A stretch of DNA of 64,000 nt from an uncultured Gammaproteobacteria bacterium (GTDB lineage Bacteria; Patescibacteriota; Microgenomatia; Levybacterales; UBA12049), in NCBI GenBank assembly GCA_964391315.1, contig CAYMJR010000001.1, forward strand, positions 141,983 through 205,982, in the 5' to 3' direction. How positions within the stretch are numbered: the first letter of the stretch is position 1; every line of letters begins with the position of its first letter. The translations under genes and the position numbers were made by a program. A model generated the notes under the pieces. The model saw nothing but the letters and a program-made list of their open reading frames with translations. It searched no databases and was not told the origin of the DNA. Below, in pieces: positions 18,232 to 26,778 of the stretch.

Positions 18232-19656
18232 TTGTCTACAATAAATAGACACCCAATGCTGACCCAACGATCAAAATGGCTCATTTTTCTTCTTCTCGCA
18301 ATCGCGCAATTCATGATTGTGCTTGACGTGTCAATTACGAATGTCGCACTTCCAACAATCAAAGCAGATCTCCATTTTACCAATGAAACATTGCAGTGGG
18401 TTGTCACTGCATATGCTCTGACCTTTGGCGGTTTTTTACTTTTTGGCGGACGTGCTGCTGATCTATTTGGCAGACGCCGCATGCTTCTCATCGGCATGAC
18501 TTGTTTTACGATTTTTTCCTTCTTGATCGGTATTTCACAATCTGCAGTTCTGCTTATTATCCTTCGCGCGTTGCAGGGTCTTTCAGCTGCATTTATGTCT
18601 CCTGCTGCATTATCAACTGTCCTTGTCACATTTGAAGAAGGACCACAAAGAAATCAAGCTCTTGGTTACTGGTCACTGGTCGCAGCTGGTGGTGCTGCAG
18701 TTGGGCTTCTTCTTGGCGGTGCATTAACAGAATACTTCGGATGGAGATGGGACTTTTTTATCAATGTCCCTGTTGGCATTATCATCGCAACTAGCATTTA
18801 CCGCATTATCCCTGCCCGTGAACAGGAAGTCGAAAATTATCATTTAGACTTACCAGGAGCAATTCTTGTTACAACTGGACTTGTGACATTTGTCTTTGCT
18901 GTTAGCCAGGCACCCATCTGGGGTTGGATGAGTGCGGCAACTATTGGAACAATCATTGTCTCTTTACTGCTCATCATCGCGTTTATCTTTAATGAATCAA
19001 AAAGCCCATATCCTCTGATGCCTCTTTCAATTTTTAAAATTCGTAATATTGTAGGCGCCAACCTCATAATAGCTCCCGTTGCTGCAGGAATGTTTGGTAT
19101 GTTCTTTTTAATCTCTCTGTATATTCAATCAATCCTTCATTTCCCACCTGCTTTAACTGGGCTATGTTTTCTTCCTTTTCCGATCATTTTGGGATTTGTC
19201 TCAACTCGCGTACCGCGCTTTGTTTCACGATACGGATTCAAACCATTCCTCATCGCAGGCCCTTCGCTTGTCGCAATTGCCATTTCACTCTTTCTTAGGC
19301 TTCCTGCACATGGAAACTATTTTACAGACGTCTTGCCAACCCTCCTTATCATGCCAATTGGGATGGGTATGACCTTTATGCCGATTTATGCAGCTGCTAC
19401 CTCAGGTGTTGCCCCACAACAATCAGGCCTCGCATCAGGACTTATTAATACGTCTCAGCAAATTGGCGGAGCAATTGGACTTGCAGTCCTTTCAGAAATT
19501 GCTGCATCGATTACTGCAAACAATATCAATAATATAAATGATGTCGTTGCCGGATATCATACTGCCTTTGCCATCGCTGTTCTCTTTATTGTTTTTGCAA
19601 TCATTCTTGCACTCACTGTTATTCAATCTCCCCAAAAACCTCATCAAACAAAATAA
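18232..19656 (+). CDS. MFS transporter, DHA2 (EmrB/QacA-like, 14-TMS) family
   Basis: N-terminal motif LAIAQFMIVLDVSITNVALPTI and 14 predicted TM helices. Confidence 0.8.
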   Translation: MSTINRHPMLTQRSKWLIFLLLAIAQFMIVLDVSITNVALPTIKADLHFTNETLQWVVTAYALTFGGFLLFGGRAADLFGRRRMLLIGMTCFTIFSFLIGISQSAVLLIILRALQGLSAAFMSPAALSTVLVTFEEGPQRNQALGYWSLVAAGGAAVGLLLGGALTEYFGWRWDFFINVPVGIIIATSIYRIIPAREQEVENYHLDLPGAILVTTGLVTFVFAVSQAPIWGWMSAATIGTIIVSLLLIIAFIFNESKSPYPLMPLSIFKIRNIVGANLIIAPVAAGMFGMFFLISLYIQSILHFPPALTGLCFLPFPIILGFVSTRVPRFVSRYGFKPFLIAGPSLVAIAISLFLRLPAHGNYFTDVLPTLLIMPIGMGMTFMPIYAAATSGVAPQQSGLASGLINTSQQIGGAIGLAVLSEIAASITANNINNINDVVAGYHTAFAIAVLFIVFAIILALTVIQSPQKPHQTK

Positions 19657-19677
19657 TAATTGTGCTAGAATTTATCT

Positions 19678-21159
19678 ATGAAAAAAAGAAGCATTTTTAT
19701 TGTCCTGGGGATCTTTTTGCTTTTTGTACTCTTCGTTTTATTAGGACAGCTCACCAATCCTTACAGCGCAATTACCTTGATCAATTCTCCATTTCATACA
19801 AGTGTTGATAATAATGGTGAGATTATCCTCCAGCAAACCGCACCAGTCCATTTTACCAACAACTTCTTTGCGAAAAAATTTGCCAGTATCAATCAATCTT
19901 CCCGGTTTGTTTTTTCAACCCTCTTCCGGGAACAACCTTTCTCTGGCAATGAAGAGGAAATTATTGCAAAAATCCATACGCAATCATTTAACTCTACAAA
20001 ACCATATGTTATCAGTGGTACTCATTTTTCAGACATTTATGTCCGCAATCTTGGTGTGCAATATAACGCGGTTTTGGATAATAGAATTGCAACAGATAAA
20101 ACAGACTGGCTCAACCGCCAAGAAGCTATGTTGCAAGGTGTGGCGCTCAATCTTGAATTGTTGAAACAGTCGGGCAAAGAATACACTACGTTTATGCCGC
20201 TTCCCAACAATTATTATGCCGCGACCAATGTCTACACAGATCCTTCTGATTCATTATTTGGTGTTCTGTATGCACTCACTGCTCTTCGGGATGAAAATTT
20301 TATTCACAAGCTCTTCCCTGCTGACATCAAACAAAGCTATCCATTACAAACAAAACAAGCAGCAGATATGTTACTCCAGAAATATAAACCCTTTCTCCAA
20401 AAAGCAGTGACTGATTATCAAAATCAAATAGTGGATCCAAAAACAGGACTGATCAGAAAAGACATCACCCTTGCAAGTGCAAGAGATGGAATTAAACGAC
20501 AATCATCCTTTTATGACAATGTTATTTTGTGGGGAACAGTTAACATCGCACAAAATCTTGGCATTCTTGAGAAAAAACAAGACATGCAAGCATGGAAAGA
20601 AAAAATTATCAATACGTTTTGGGATGAAAAAGACGGTCTCTTTTTGGATGATCTCTCAACAGCGTCACAAAATGAGAAACGGTTTTCAGGAGACTCTTTT
20701 ATCGTCACCGGCAGCAGCTTTTTTGATTTGAAAAATTCCCAGGATAGAACCAAACTCCGCCGGATGATTGTATATGTTGAAAAAAATAAATTTGATCAAC
20801 CATTTCCTCTAAAATATGCAGAAAAAGATCACCCGGAAAATTTATATTGGCCAGTCAAGACATTTGCTCCTTCCTACATGGGTGAGACTATCTGGAGCAA
20901 CTGGGGTATAGAATATATCAAAGCATTGATTCTCCTTTCACCTGAGGATAAAACTCTGCTACAAACTGCCAACAAACACCTTATGTCTTACAAAAATAAT
21001 ATTGAACGGACTGGCGGCTATCCAGAGCTCTACGACACGTCAGGAAATATGTATAACACGCTTCTCTATCACAGTATTCTTCATACCAGTTGGGTCGTGG
21101 ATTACGAAGAAGCAAAAATGCTCCTTCAGACCGCACAAGGAAAGAGCCCTACACCTTAA
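19678..21159 (+). CDS. secreted hypothetical protein (possible alpha/alpha-toroid glycoside hydrolase)
   Basis: Signal peptide. No definitive motif, though W/D-rich segments are reminiscent of glycoside hydrolases. Confidence 0.45.
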   Translation: MKKRSIFIVLGIFLLFVLFVLLGQLTNPYSAITLINSPFHTSVDNNGEIILQQTAPVHFTNNFFAKKFASINQSSRFVFSTLFREQPFSGNEEEIIAKIHTQSFNSTKPYVISGTHFSDIYVRNLGVQYNAVLDNRIATDKTDWLNRQEAMLQGVALNLELLKQSGKEYTTFMPLPNNYYAATNVYTDPSDSLFGVLYALTALRDENFIHKLFPADIKQSYPLQTKQAADMLLQKYKPFLQKAVTDYQNQIVDPKTGLIRKDITLASARDGIKRQSSFYDNVILWGTVNIAQNLGILEKKQDMQAWKEKIINTFWDEKDGLFLDDLSTASQNEKRFSGDSFIVTGSSFFDLKNSQDRTKLRRMIVYVEKNKFDQPFPLKYAEKDHPENLYWPVKTFAPSYMGETIWSNWGIEYIKALILLSPEDKTLLQTANKHLMSYKNNIERTGGYPELYDTSGNMYNTLLYHSILHTSWVVDYEEAKMLLQTAQGKSPTP

Positions 21160-22153
21160 AAGCCTTTATTTCAGAATTTTTCAAAATATCCTTGTTATAT
21201 AAAAATGTCAATTGTTTTTTCATAATAGAAATTTCCAGACCTTCCCGCTGTTCTTCAGGATCTCCATCAATCTGAAGATATGGCTCTCCTTCGATCCTGA
21301 TGTGTGATGCTTTAAAGTGTACTTTGCCAAGTCGTGAATACAGTGGATGTTTAAATCCTCTAAGGCGAAGATTAGTCAGATAGGCAAACTTTGTCGAAAA
21401 AATCGTACAATCGAGAAGCCCGTCGTTGAGCTTTGCCTCAGGCGCTACATGATAATTGATACCGATAATAGGACTCTTCGCAATCATTAGCGAGGAAGCA
21501 AGAGCAGAAAGTGTGACGCGGTTATCAACAGTAATTTTCATATCACTATCCGGATGGAAAATAATACTACGAAATGCTGAGAGTGAATAGGAACGAAAAC
21601 CAATATATCGATATTTATGACGAGTATGCACAATTCTTGCATCAAAACCTGCGCTGATATTGAACATTCCAAGCGGAGATTTTGCTAAGTTCGTCTTCAT
21701 GACATCAATCGTAACTTTATATACAGGATGCAGAATTGCAGCCATTGCTTTTTCAGCTGTTTCAACACCAAAACAAGACGCAAGCGCATTACCAAATCCA
21801 AGTGGCAGAATAGCAAGAGTTGGTTTTTTTGGTAATGATAAGACAGCCTGACAGACGGTATTGATCGTCCCATCTCCTCCAGCGATGACAAGAGTCTTAC
21901 ATGGATGTCCTTTAAGAAAAGTAGATAAGTTGGAAATTTCGTTCACAGCAAACGCATTTTGTGCAATCTGAGGAAACTTATGAATCAGCATCTCCCAGTG
22001 TTTCTTCGCCATGCCGTCGTTGGAAAGTGGATTATACAAATAAAGCGTATCAATCATGATTGTAATTTCTTCAATTATACACCACATTCCTTGCGATCTC
22101 TTCTGTTCTTTGATTAAATAAATATATGGACTCACAACCAGTACAACAACCAC
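21149..22153 (-). CDS. lipid kinase, DAGK_cat / YegS-BmrU family
   Basis: LVIAGGDGTINT and LAILPLGFGNALA motifs. Confidence 0.75.
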   Translation of the reverse strand: MVVVLVVSPYIYLIKEQKRSQGMWCIIEEITIMIDTLYLYNPLSNDGMAKKHWEMLIHKFPQIAQNAFAVNEISNLSTFLKGHPCKTLVIAGGDGTINTVCQAVLSLPKKPTLAILPLGFGNALASCFGVETAEKAMAAILHPVYKVTIDVMKTNLAKSPLGMFNISAGFDARIVHTRHKYRYIGFRSYSLSAFRSIIFHPDSDMKITVDNRVTLSALASSLMIAKSPIIGINYHVAPEAKLNDGLLDCTIFSTKFAYLTNLRLRGFKHPLYSRLGKVHFKASHIRIEGEPYLQIDGDPEEQREGLEISIMKKQLTFLYNKDILKNSEIKAFKV

Positions 22154-22842
22154 CTACCCAAACAGCAACAAACTCATTTCAGCAACCAATCAAAAAACAT
22201 CCAAGAACTCTCTCTTTCTTGATAAAAATAGTGCTTTTCTTTGTAATCGCTGTTGCCTTGCTTCTCGGCGGATATTATCTTGGCACACAATCCAACCCCA
22301 TAACTGCTTCACCAAAACCAATCCCAACAATGGCATCAATTCCTACAAAATCACCTACACCCCCTCCTCCGACACCCACACCTGCATCCCTTAATACAAA
22401 AAAAATTACCGCTGGTCTCTCAGGCAGTTCAGCGTTTCAACCATATACGATTGATATGCCAACTGACTGGACTGATGCCCGGGAGACAACAATTACCGCA
22501 GGTATTGATAAACTAACGTTTACAAAAAATAGCTATTTGGTAACGATATATCAATCAACCATAGGTGGAGACAAATGTGTGTATAAAGGCGACAAACCAC
22601 AAACTCTGGCACAAACATTCACAGATTTCGCAGATATCAATGGAAAAAGTGGCCACTACAGGCGTAGTTGGAATCAAAACGGTGGACAATCAATCACATA
22701 CACCATCTGTCAGAAGGCAGATGATGGATCATATAGCACCCTTACCACATTTGGTGCAATTAGCATTGTCTCGCCAAACCCAGCAACGACAGCCATGCTT
22801 TCTGAGATCGACGGTATGATCGCCTCCCTCGTCAAACAGTAA
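22126..22842 (+). CDS. hypothetical membrane-anchored protein with Pro/Thr-rich linker
   Basis: TM helix, a PTPTPA-rich stretch, then a globular domain. Confidence 0.4.
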   Translation: MDSQPVQQPPTQTATNSFQQPIKKHPRTLSFLIKIVLFFVIAVALLLGGYYLGTQSNPITASPKPIPTMASIPTKSPTPPPPTPTPASLNTKKITAGLSGSSAFQPYTIDMPTDWTDARETTITAGIDKLTFTKNSYLVTIYQSTIGGDKCVYKGDKPQTLAQTFTDFADINGKSGHYRRSWNQNGGQSITYTICQKADDGSYSTLTTFGAISIVSPNPATTAMLSEIDGMIASLVKQ

Positions 22843-22893
22843 ATTTTCTTAAAATCTGGCAAACCAACCATTTATTGTATATAATTACCACTC

Positions 22894-23265
22894 ATGAGCT
22901 TGAACGAGTCATTTAGATATGCAGTTTCAGATCTTATGCTGGAAAAATATCCAAGAGGTCCTGTTGAGGAAAAAGGACCAAATGGTGAACCTATAACAGT
23001 AGTAACACTTCCACGTGTAGCTGTTGGTGGACAACTTGTAGCATTCCGATCAGAGCAGAGCCTCCTTGGATATAAGGTTTCACAACTTTTTCCATTGGAA
23101 GATAAAACCATCGGAGAGAATGGGCTTCTACAAGTTACTGAGAGGAGAACAGGCGAAATTACTCTCGTTGAATTTGAAGAATTTCCAAATGTTAAAACTG
23201 CATTTAAAACAGCTATTAGACGTGCACGAAGAGCACATAGCAAAGCAATGAAAGTAAAGCCTTGA
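22894..23265 (+). CDS. hypothetical protein (123 aa)
   Basis: Intact ORF with no recognised motif. Confidence 0.35.
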   Translation: MSLNESFRYAVSDLMLEKYPRGPVEEKGPNGEPITVVTLPRVAVGGQLVAFRSEQSLLGYKVSQLFPLEDKTIGENGLLQVTERRTGEITLVEFEEFPNVKTAFKTAIRRARRAHSKAMKVKP

Positions 23266-23301
23266 CAATCCTCCTTATGATTCTGTAATGTAAAACTGTA
23301 T

Positions 23302-24081
23302 ATGGCAAAGGCTGATCCAAGACTCTATCCTATCTTCTCTGTAGAAAATAATAAAAAACCTAACAGGATCCTCAACTTCCCTATCTTTGGGATCATTATA
23401 AAAATTATTATGCTTATCCCTGTTCTCATCGAAGCTTTTTTCCTTGGCATTGCCGCCATCGTTCTTTTGATCATTAATTGGTTTGTTATTTTATTTACCG
23501 GGCACTACTGGAACACCGCTTATAACTTTTTTGTTGGTTTGATACGATTTTATCTTAAAATAAAACTGTTCATTTTTGGTATTACAGATACCTATCCAGG
23601 CTTTGGACTAGACGATAAAGGACTATTTACGCTGAAGCTTGACAAACCCAAAAATCCAAACAGATGGTTTGCGATCCCACTTCTTGGTATCTTTGTCCGT
23701 TTTATTCTCCTTATTCCCTATCTGTTTTTTTCCGACATCATGCAACGAGGATCAGGTGTTGCTTTGTTCCTTTCGTGGTTTGTTATCCTTTTCAAGGGAA
23801 GACTACCAGAGCGTTACTATGAATTCGAGCGGGATTCACTTCGTGTATCTACAGCAGCAACGACATATATCATTGGTCTTTCAGATCTCTATCCAAGCTT
23901 TTATATCTCAATGGATCATCAAACAACAAAATTGCTTCTTATTATTGTCGGTACAGCATTATCCGTCTTTAATACCTTGGGATCGTTAGTCCCCTCTGGA
24001 AATTCTACAGATAATCCAAGTAGCTATCACCAGTATTACACACCACCATCGGATAATGGCCCTTACAACAATACGTACTAA
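23302..24081 (+). CDS. DUF4389-like membrane protein (two tandem copies of the domain)
   Basis: An internally duplicated pattern occurs twice (WFVILFTGHYWNTAYNFFVGLIRFYLKI...YPGF and WFVILFKGRLPERYYEFERDSLRVSTAATTYIIGLSDLYPSF). Confidence 0.45.
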   Translation: MAKADPRLYPIFSVENNKKPNRILNFPIFGIIIKIIMLIPVLIEAFFLGIAAIVLLIINWFVILFTGHYWNTAYNFFVGLIRFYLKIKLFIFGITDTYPGFGLDDKGLFTLKLDKPKNPNRWFAIPLLGIFVRFILLIPYLFFSDIMQRGSGVALFLSWFVILFKGRLPERYYEFERDSLRVSTAATTYIIGLSDLYPSFYISMDHQTTKLLLIIVGTALSVFNTLGSLVPSGNSTDNPSSYHQYYTPPSDNGPYNNTY

Positions 24082-24087
24082 TTGAAC

Positions 24088-24798
24088 TTATTTCGAAGCT
24101 TTAGAAGATTTAGTTTTAGTTGGTAAGAAGCTTCCTGTTACTAATCCAAATCCCAATCCAAGTATCGTTCCTCCGATCACGTCACTTGTCCAATGTTCGC
24201 CCAGATAAATCCGTGAAGTATACATTGTTACATCATATGCCACAAGAAGACAACAGATAATTATTTTTGTTCTAAGAGAAAATTTTGTGTTATTGAAAAT
24301 ATAAATTGCAAGAACTGTCGATATAAATGTTGCTCTTCCCGCGTGACCGGAAGGATAGGAAAAATCAGTACTGACATAAAATTGCGGAAAATTCACGATA
24401 TTTTCAGTTCTGAGCATAAAATGAGGTGGTGGCGGATGATTAACAAAATATTTTCCATAAAGCTCAATTATATGAAATCCAATAAAAAGCACCCATGCGC
24501 TTGCAACAGCCCAGAATCTCTTCTTAAACAATAAAACCCCTGAGATAATCAGTAAAACGACAGTCATTACTTCAAATTTCCCTACATCACTCAAAAAAGA
24601 AAACGGCCCATCAACTCTCCTACTAAGATGATCCTGCAGCCTTACTGTCGTATTAAAATCAAAACGGGTAAAGAGATTCTTGTGCACCAGAAAGGAGAAA
24701 AAGATAAAAAGAAAGAACAGAACTACTCCTGATAAGAAAAGTTTTACTCGTGTGGACATCTTATGATTATAATGAATCTTTGGAAACAACACAACCAA
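24088..24798 (-). CDS. PAP2-family membrane phosphatase
   Basis: PSGH and SRIYLGEHWTSDVIGG motifs (PAP2 boxes 2 and 3). Confidence 0.7.
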   Translation of the reverse strand: MVVLFPKIHYNHKMSTRVKLFLSGVVLFFLFIFFSFLVHKNLFTRFDFNTTVRLQDHLSRRVDGPFSFLSDVGKFEVMTVVLLIISGVLLFKKRFWAVASAWVLFIGFHIIELYGKYFVNHPPPPHFMLRTENIVNFPQFYVSTDFSYPSGHAGRATFISTVLAIYIFNNTKFSLRTKIIICCLLVAYDVTMYTSRIYLGEHWTSDVIGGTILGLGFGLVTGSFLPTKTKSSKASK

Positions 24799-24802
24799 AG
24801 AC

Positions 24803-25702
24803 CTATTGGAGATCTAAACTCTTGAGGTATTTGCGGAATTCTCCATTAATATCAGGATGTTTGAGTCCAAATTCGATGACTGTCTTCAGATACTCCAATT
24901 TATTTCCGGTATCATAATACTTTCCATCTTTGATCTCTGCAGCAAGAATATGCTTCTTATCTGAAAGCATGAGCTTAAGAGCATCATTATAATAAAGCTC
25001 TTCGCCTTCTTTCAAATTTTCCATTGCCCGGTCGAGATAATCAAAAATCTCAGGTGTGAAGATAAATCCACTGACATTCGCAAGATCAGAAGGTGCTGCA
25101 TTCTTGCCTGGTTTTTCAATAAGAACTTCAACATCGATCAATCCATCTCGAAGCGTCTGACCACCGGCAAATCCATATCTATCATAATCTTCATCTTGCT
25201 TTGCCTTAATACTTGCCAGAACAGACCAACCAAACTCTTCATAAATCTCAATCAGCTGCTTAAATCGTGATTTTGGTTCTGCAAGAATGAAATCGTCACT
25301 CCAGGTATAGATAAATGGCTCATCGCCAATGATGCTTCGGACATTAAGAAGTGGTGTTCCATTGCCATATGGACCTTTCTGACGGACATAATGGAAATTT
25401 GCCATATCGGAGATTTTCTCAGTCTCTTCAAGAAGTGGCAGTTTTTTAGGTCCACCCATACGAAGATTTTCAATCAATTCCATGCTGGGGCGGTCAAAAT
25501 GATCTTCAATAGTTCTCTTATGGTATCCGGTAACGATAATGATATCTTCAATTCCTGCATCGACAAGTTCTTCAACAACAATTTGAATGATTGGTTTATC
25601 AACAACAGGAAGCATTTCCTTTGGCATTGCCTTGGTCTGTGGTAAAAATCTTGTTCCAAATCCCGCAGCTGGGATAACGGCTTTACGAATTTTCTTAGGC
25701 AT
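24803..25702 (-). CDS. galU: UTP--glucose-1-phosphate uridylyltransferase
   Basis: AVIPAAGFGTRFLPQTKAMPKEMLPVVDKPIIQ N-terminal signature. Confidence 0.85.
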   Translation of the reverse strand: MPKKIRKAVIPAAGFGTRFLPQTKAMPKEMLPVVDKPIIQIVVEELVDAGIEDIIIVTGYHKRTIEDHFDRPSMELIENLRMGGPKKLPLLEETEKISDMANFHYVRQKGPYGNGTPLLNVRSIIGDEPFIYTWSDDFILAEPKSRFKQLIEIYEEFGWSVLASIKAKQDEDYDRYGFAGGQTLRDGLIDVEVLIEKPGKNAAPSDLANVSGFIFTPEIFDYLDRAMENLKEGEELYYNDALKLMLSDKKHILAAEIKDGKYYDTGNKLEYLKTVIEFGLKHPDINGEFRKYLKSLDLQ

Positions 25703-25811
25703 AATATTGGTATTATAAACAAAAAGCTCCCGTTAAGTCTATATGCTTTTTTTGTCAGGAATGATCACAAATTATTACATATAGTATTTTCCTACTTATG
25801 GTTACTCTCTA

Positions 25812-26372
25812 TTAGACGGCTGGAGCTGCTGGCGGAGGCGTTGTCCCACCGTTAGTGTCGGTGCCTCCAGGTGTTGGCATTGGTGCTGGTTCTGGAGTTA
25901 CTGGTGCAGGTGCGCTCATTGGATCTGCTGCTGGCATGCTTGGTGCTACTGGAGCTGGTTCCGGAGCAACTGGTGTTGGCTCTGGTGTCACGGGTGTTGG
26001 CATTGGTGCTGGTTCTGGAGTTACTGGTGCAGGTGCGCTCATTGGATCTGCTGCTGGCATGCTTGGTGCTACTGGAGCTGGTTCCGGAGCAACTGGTGTT
26101 GGCTCTGGTGTCACGGGTGTTGGCATTGGTGCTGGTTCTGGAGTTACTGGTGCAGGTGCGCTCATTGGATCTGCTGCTGGCATGCTTGGTGCTACTGGAG
26201 CTGGTTCCGGAGCAACTGGTGTTGGCTCTGGTGTCACGGGTGTTGGCATTGGTGCTGGTTCTGGAGTTACTGGTGCAGGTGCGCTCATTGGATCCGCTGC
26301 TGGCATGCTTGGTGCTACTGGATCTGCTGGTGTTGTTGGATTCATTGGATTACTATTATTTGTGTTGTCCAT
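25812..26372 (-). CDS. Pro/Ala/Thr-rich repetitive protein (strand assignment uncertain)
   Basis: All frames are open across the tandem repeat. The minus frame gives unique N- and C-termini with a PAPEP-type repeat. The plus frames give Gly/Ala-rich or Leu/Val-rich polypeptides. Confidence 0.35.
   Translation of the reverse strand: MDNTNNSNPMNPTTPADPVAPSMPAADPMSAPAPVTPEPAPMPTPVTPEPTPVAPEPAPVAPSMPAADPMSAPAPVTPEPAPMPTPVTPEPTPVAPEPAPVAPSMPAADPMSAPAPVTPEPAPMPTPVTPEPTPVAPEPAPVAPSMPAADPMSAPAPVTPEPAPMPTPGGTDTNGGTTPPPAAPAV
25871..26335. repeat. 123-bp tandem repeat, about 3.8 near-identical copies
   Basis: The unit GGTGTTGGCATTGGTGCTGGTTCTGGAGTTACTGG...GGTGTCACG recurs with period 123. Unit starts are at 25871, 25994, 26117 and 26240. 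Confidence 0.85.
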
Positions 26373-26449
26373 ACTATATATTATGTAACTAGATTAACAA
26401 GACAAGCAATCCTTGTCAATCCCCAAAATAACAACCCTTGCTGCTTTGT

Positions 26450-26478
26450 TTGACTAATATCTTGTGAATGACTATAAT
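26450..26478 (+). promoter_or_regulatory. consensus sigma70 promoter TTGACT-17-TATAAT for the glmS leader
   Basis: -35 at 26450..26455, exactly 17 bp of spacer, -10 at 26473..26478. It lies ~300 nt upstream of the glmS ATG. Confidence 0.6.
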
Positions 26479-26504
26479 CATATTGTTCTTTGAAAGAGTA
26501 GACG

Positions 26505-26668
26505 TATAGACAACGAGCGCAAGGCCCTGAGTCCTGAGTTAACCGAAGGATCGAAGGGTTACGAGGAAGAAGGCTCCGATTAAATCGGAGGTTCGGACGT
26601 CAGCTCAGCTTACTGTAAACCAAGTTTAGCTGCTGACAGGATCTGCGGAAACCTTCAAGTGATAATTG
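26505..26668 (+). ncRNA. glmS ribozyme-like 5' leader (GlcN6P-dependent self-cleaving riboswitch), putative
   Basis: Sits in the 5' UTR of glmS. It has A|GCGC at 26516/26517, ACGAGGAaGaAGG, the hairpin CUCCGA-uuaaa-UCGGAGG, the stem GUCAGC...GCUGAC, and an AAACCAAG segment. These match the remembered Bacillus cereus glmS ribozyme core (GACGAGGAuGgAGG..CGA..UCGGcGG...AAACCAAG). Confidence 0.65.
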
Positions 26669-26778
26669 TCACTTCAATGTTCTTTTCAAATCAGGAAGTA
26701 ATTCTTATCCAAAGAAAGAACAACAATTTCTACTCATAACTTCAAAGAACCACAAAACTTAAATTTACATCTTAATTT

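Noticed and set aside
25871-26335. Highly regular tandem repeat that could be mistaken for a CRISPR array
   Set aside because: The unit is 123 bp with no unique spacers between copies. Copies are contiguous and in-frame within ORFs. It is a coding tandem repeat, not repeat-spacer architecture.
25855-26392. Plus-strand ORFs 25855..26388 and 25871..26392 across the tandem repeat
   Set aside because: They are alternative frames kept open by the repeat. They are not independent genes and are reported once as ambiguous-strand coding.
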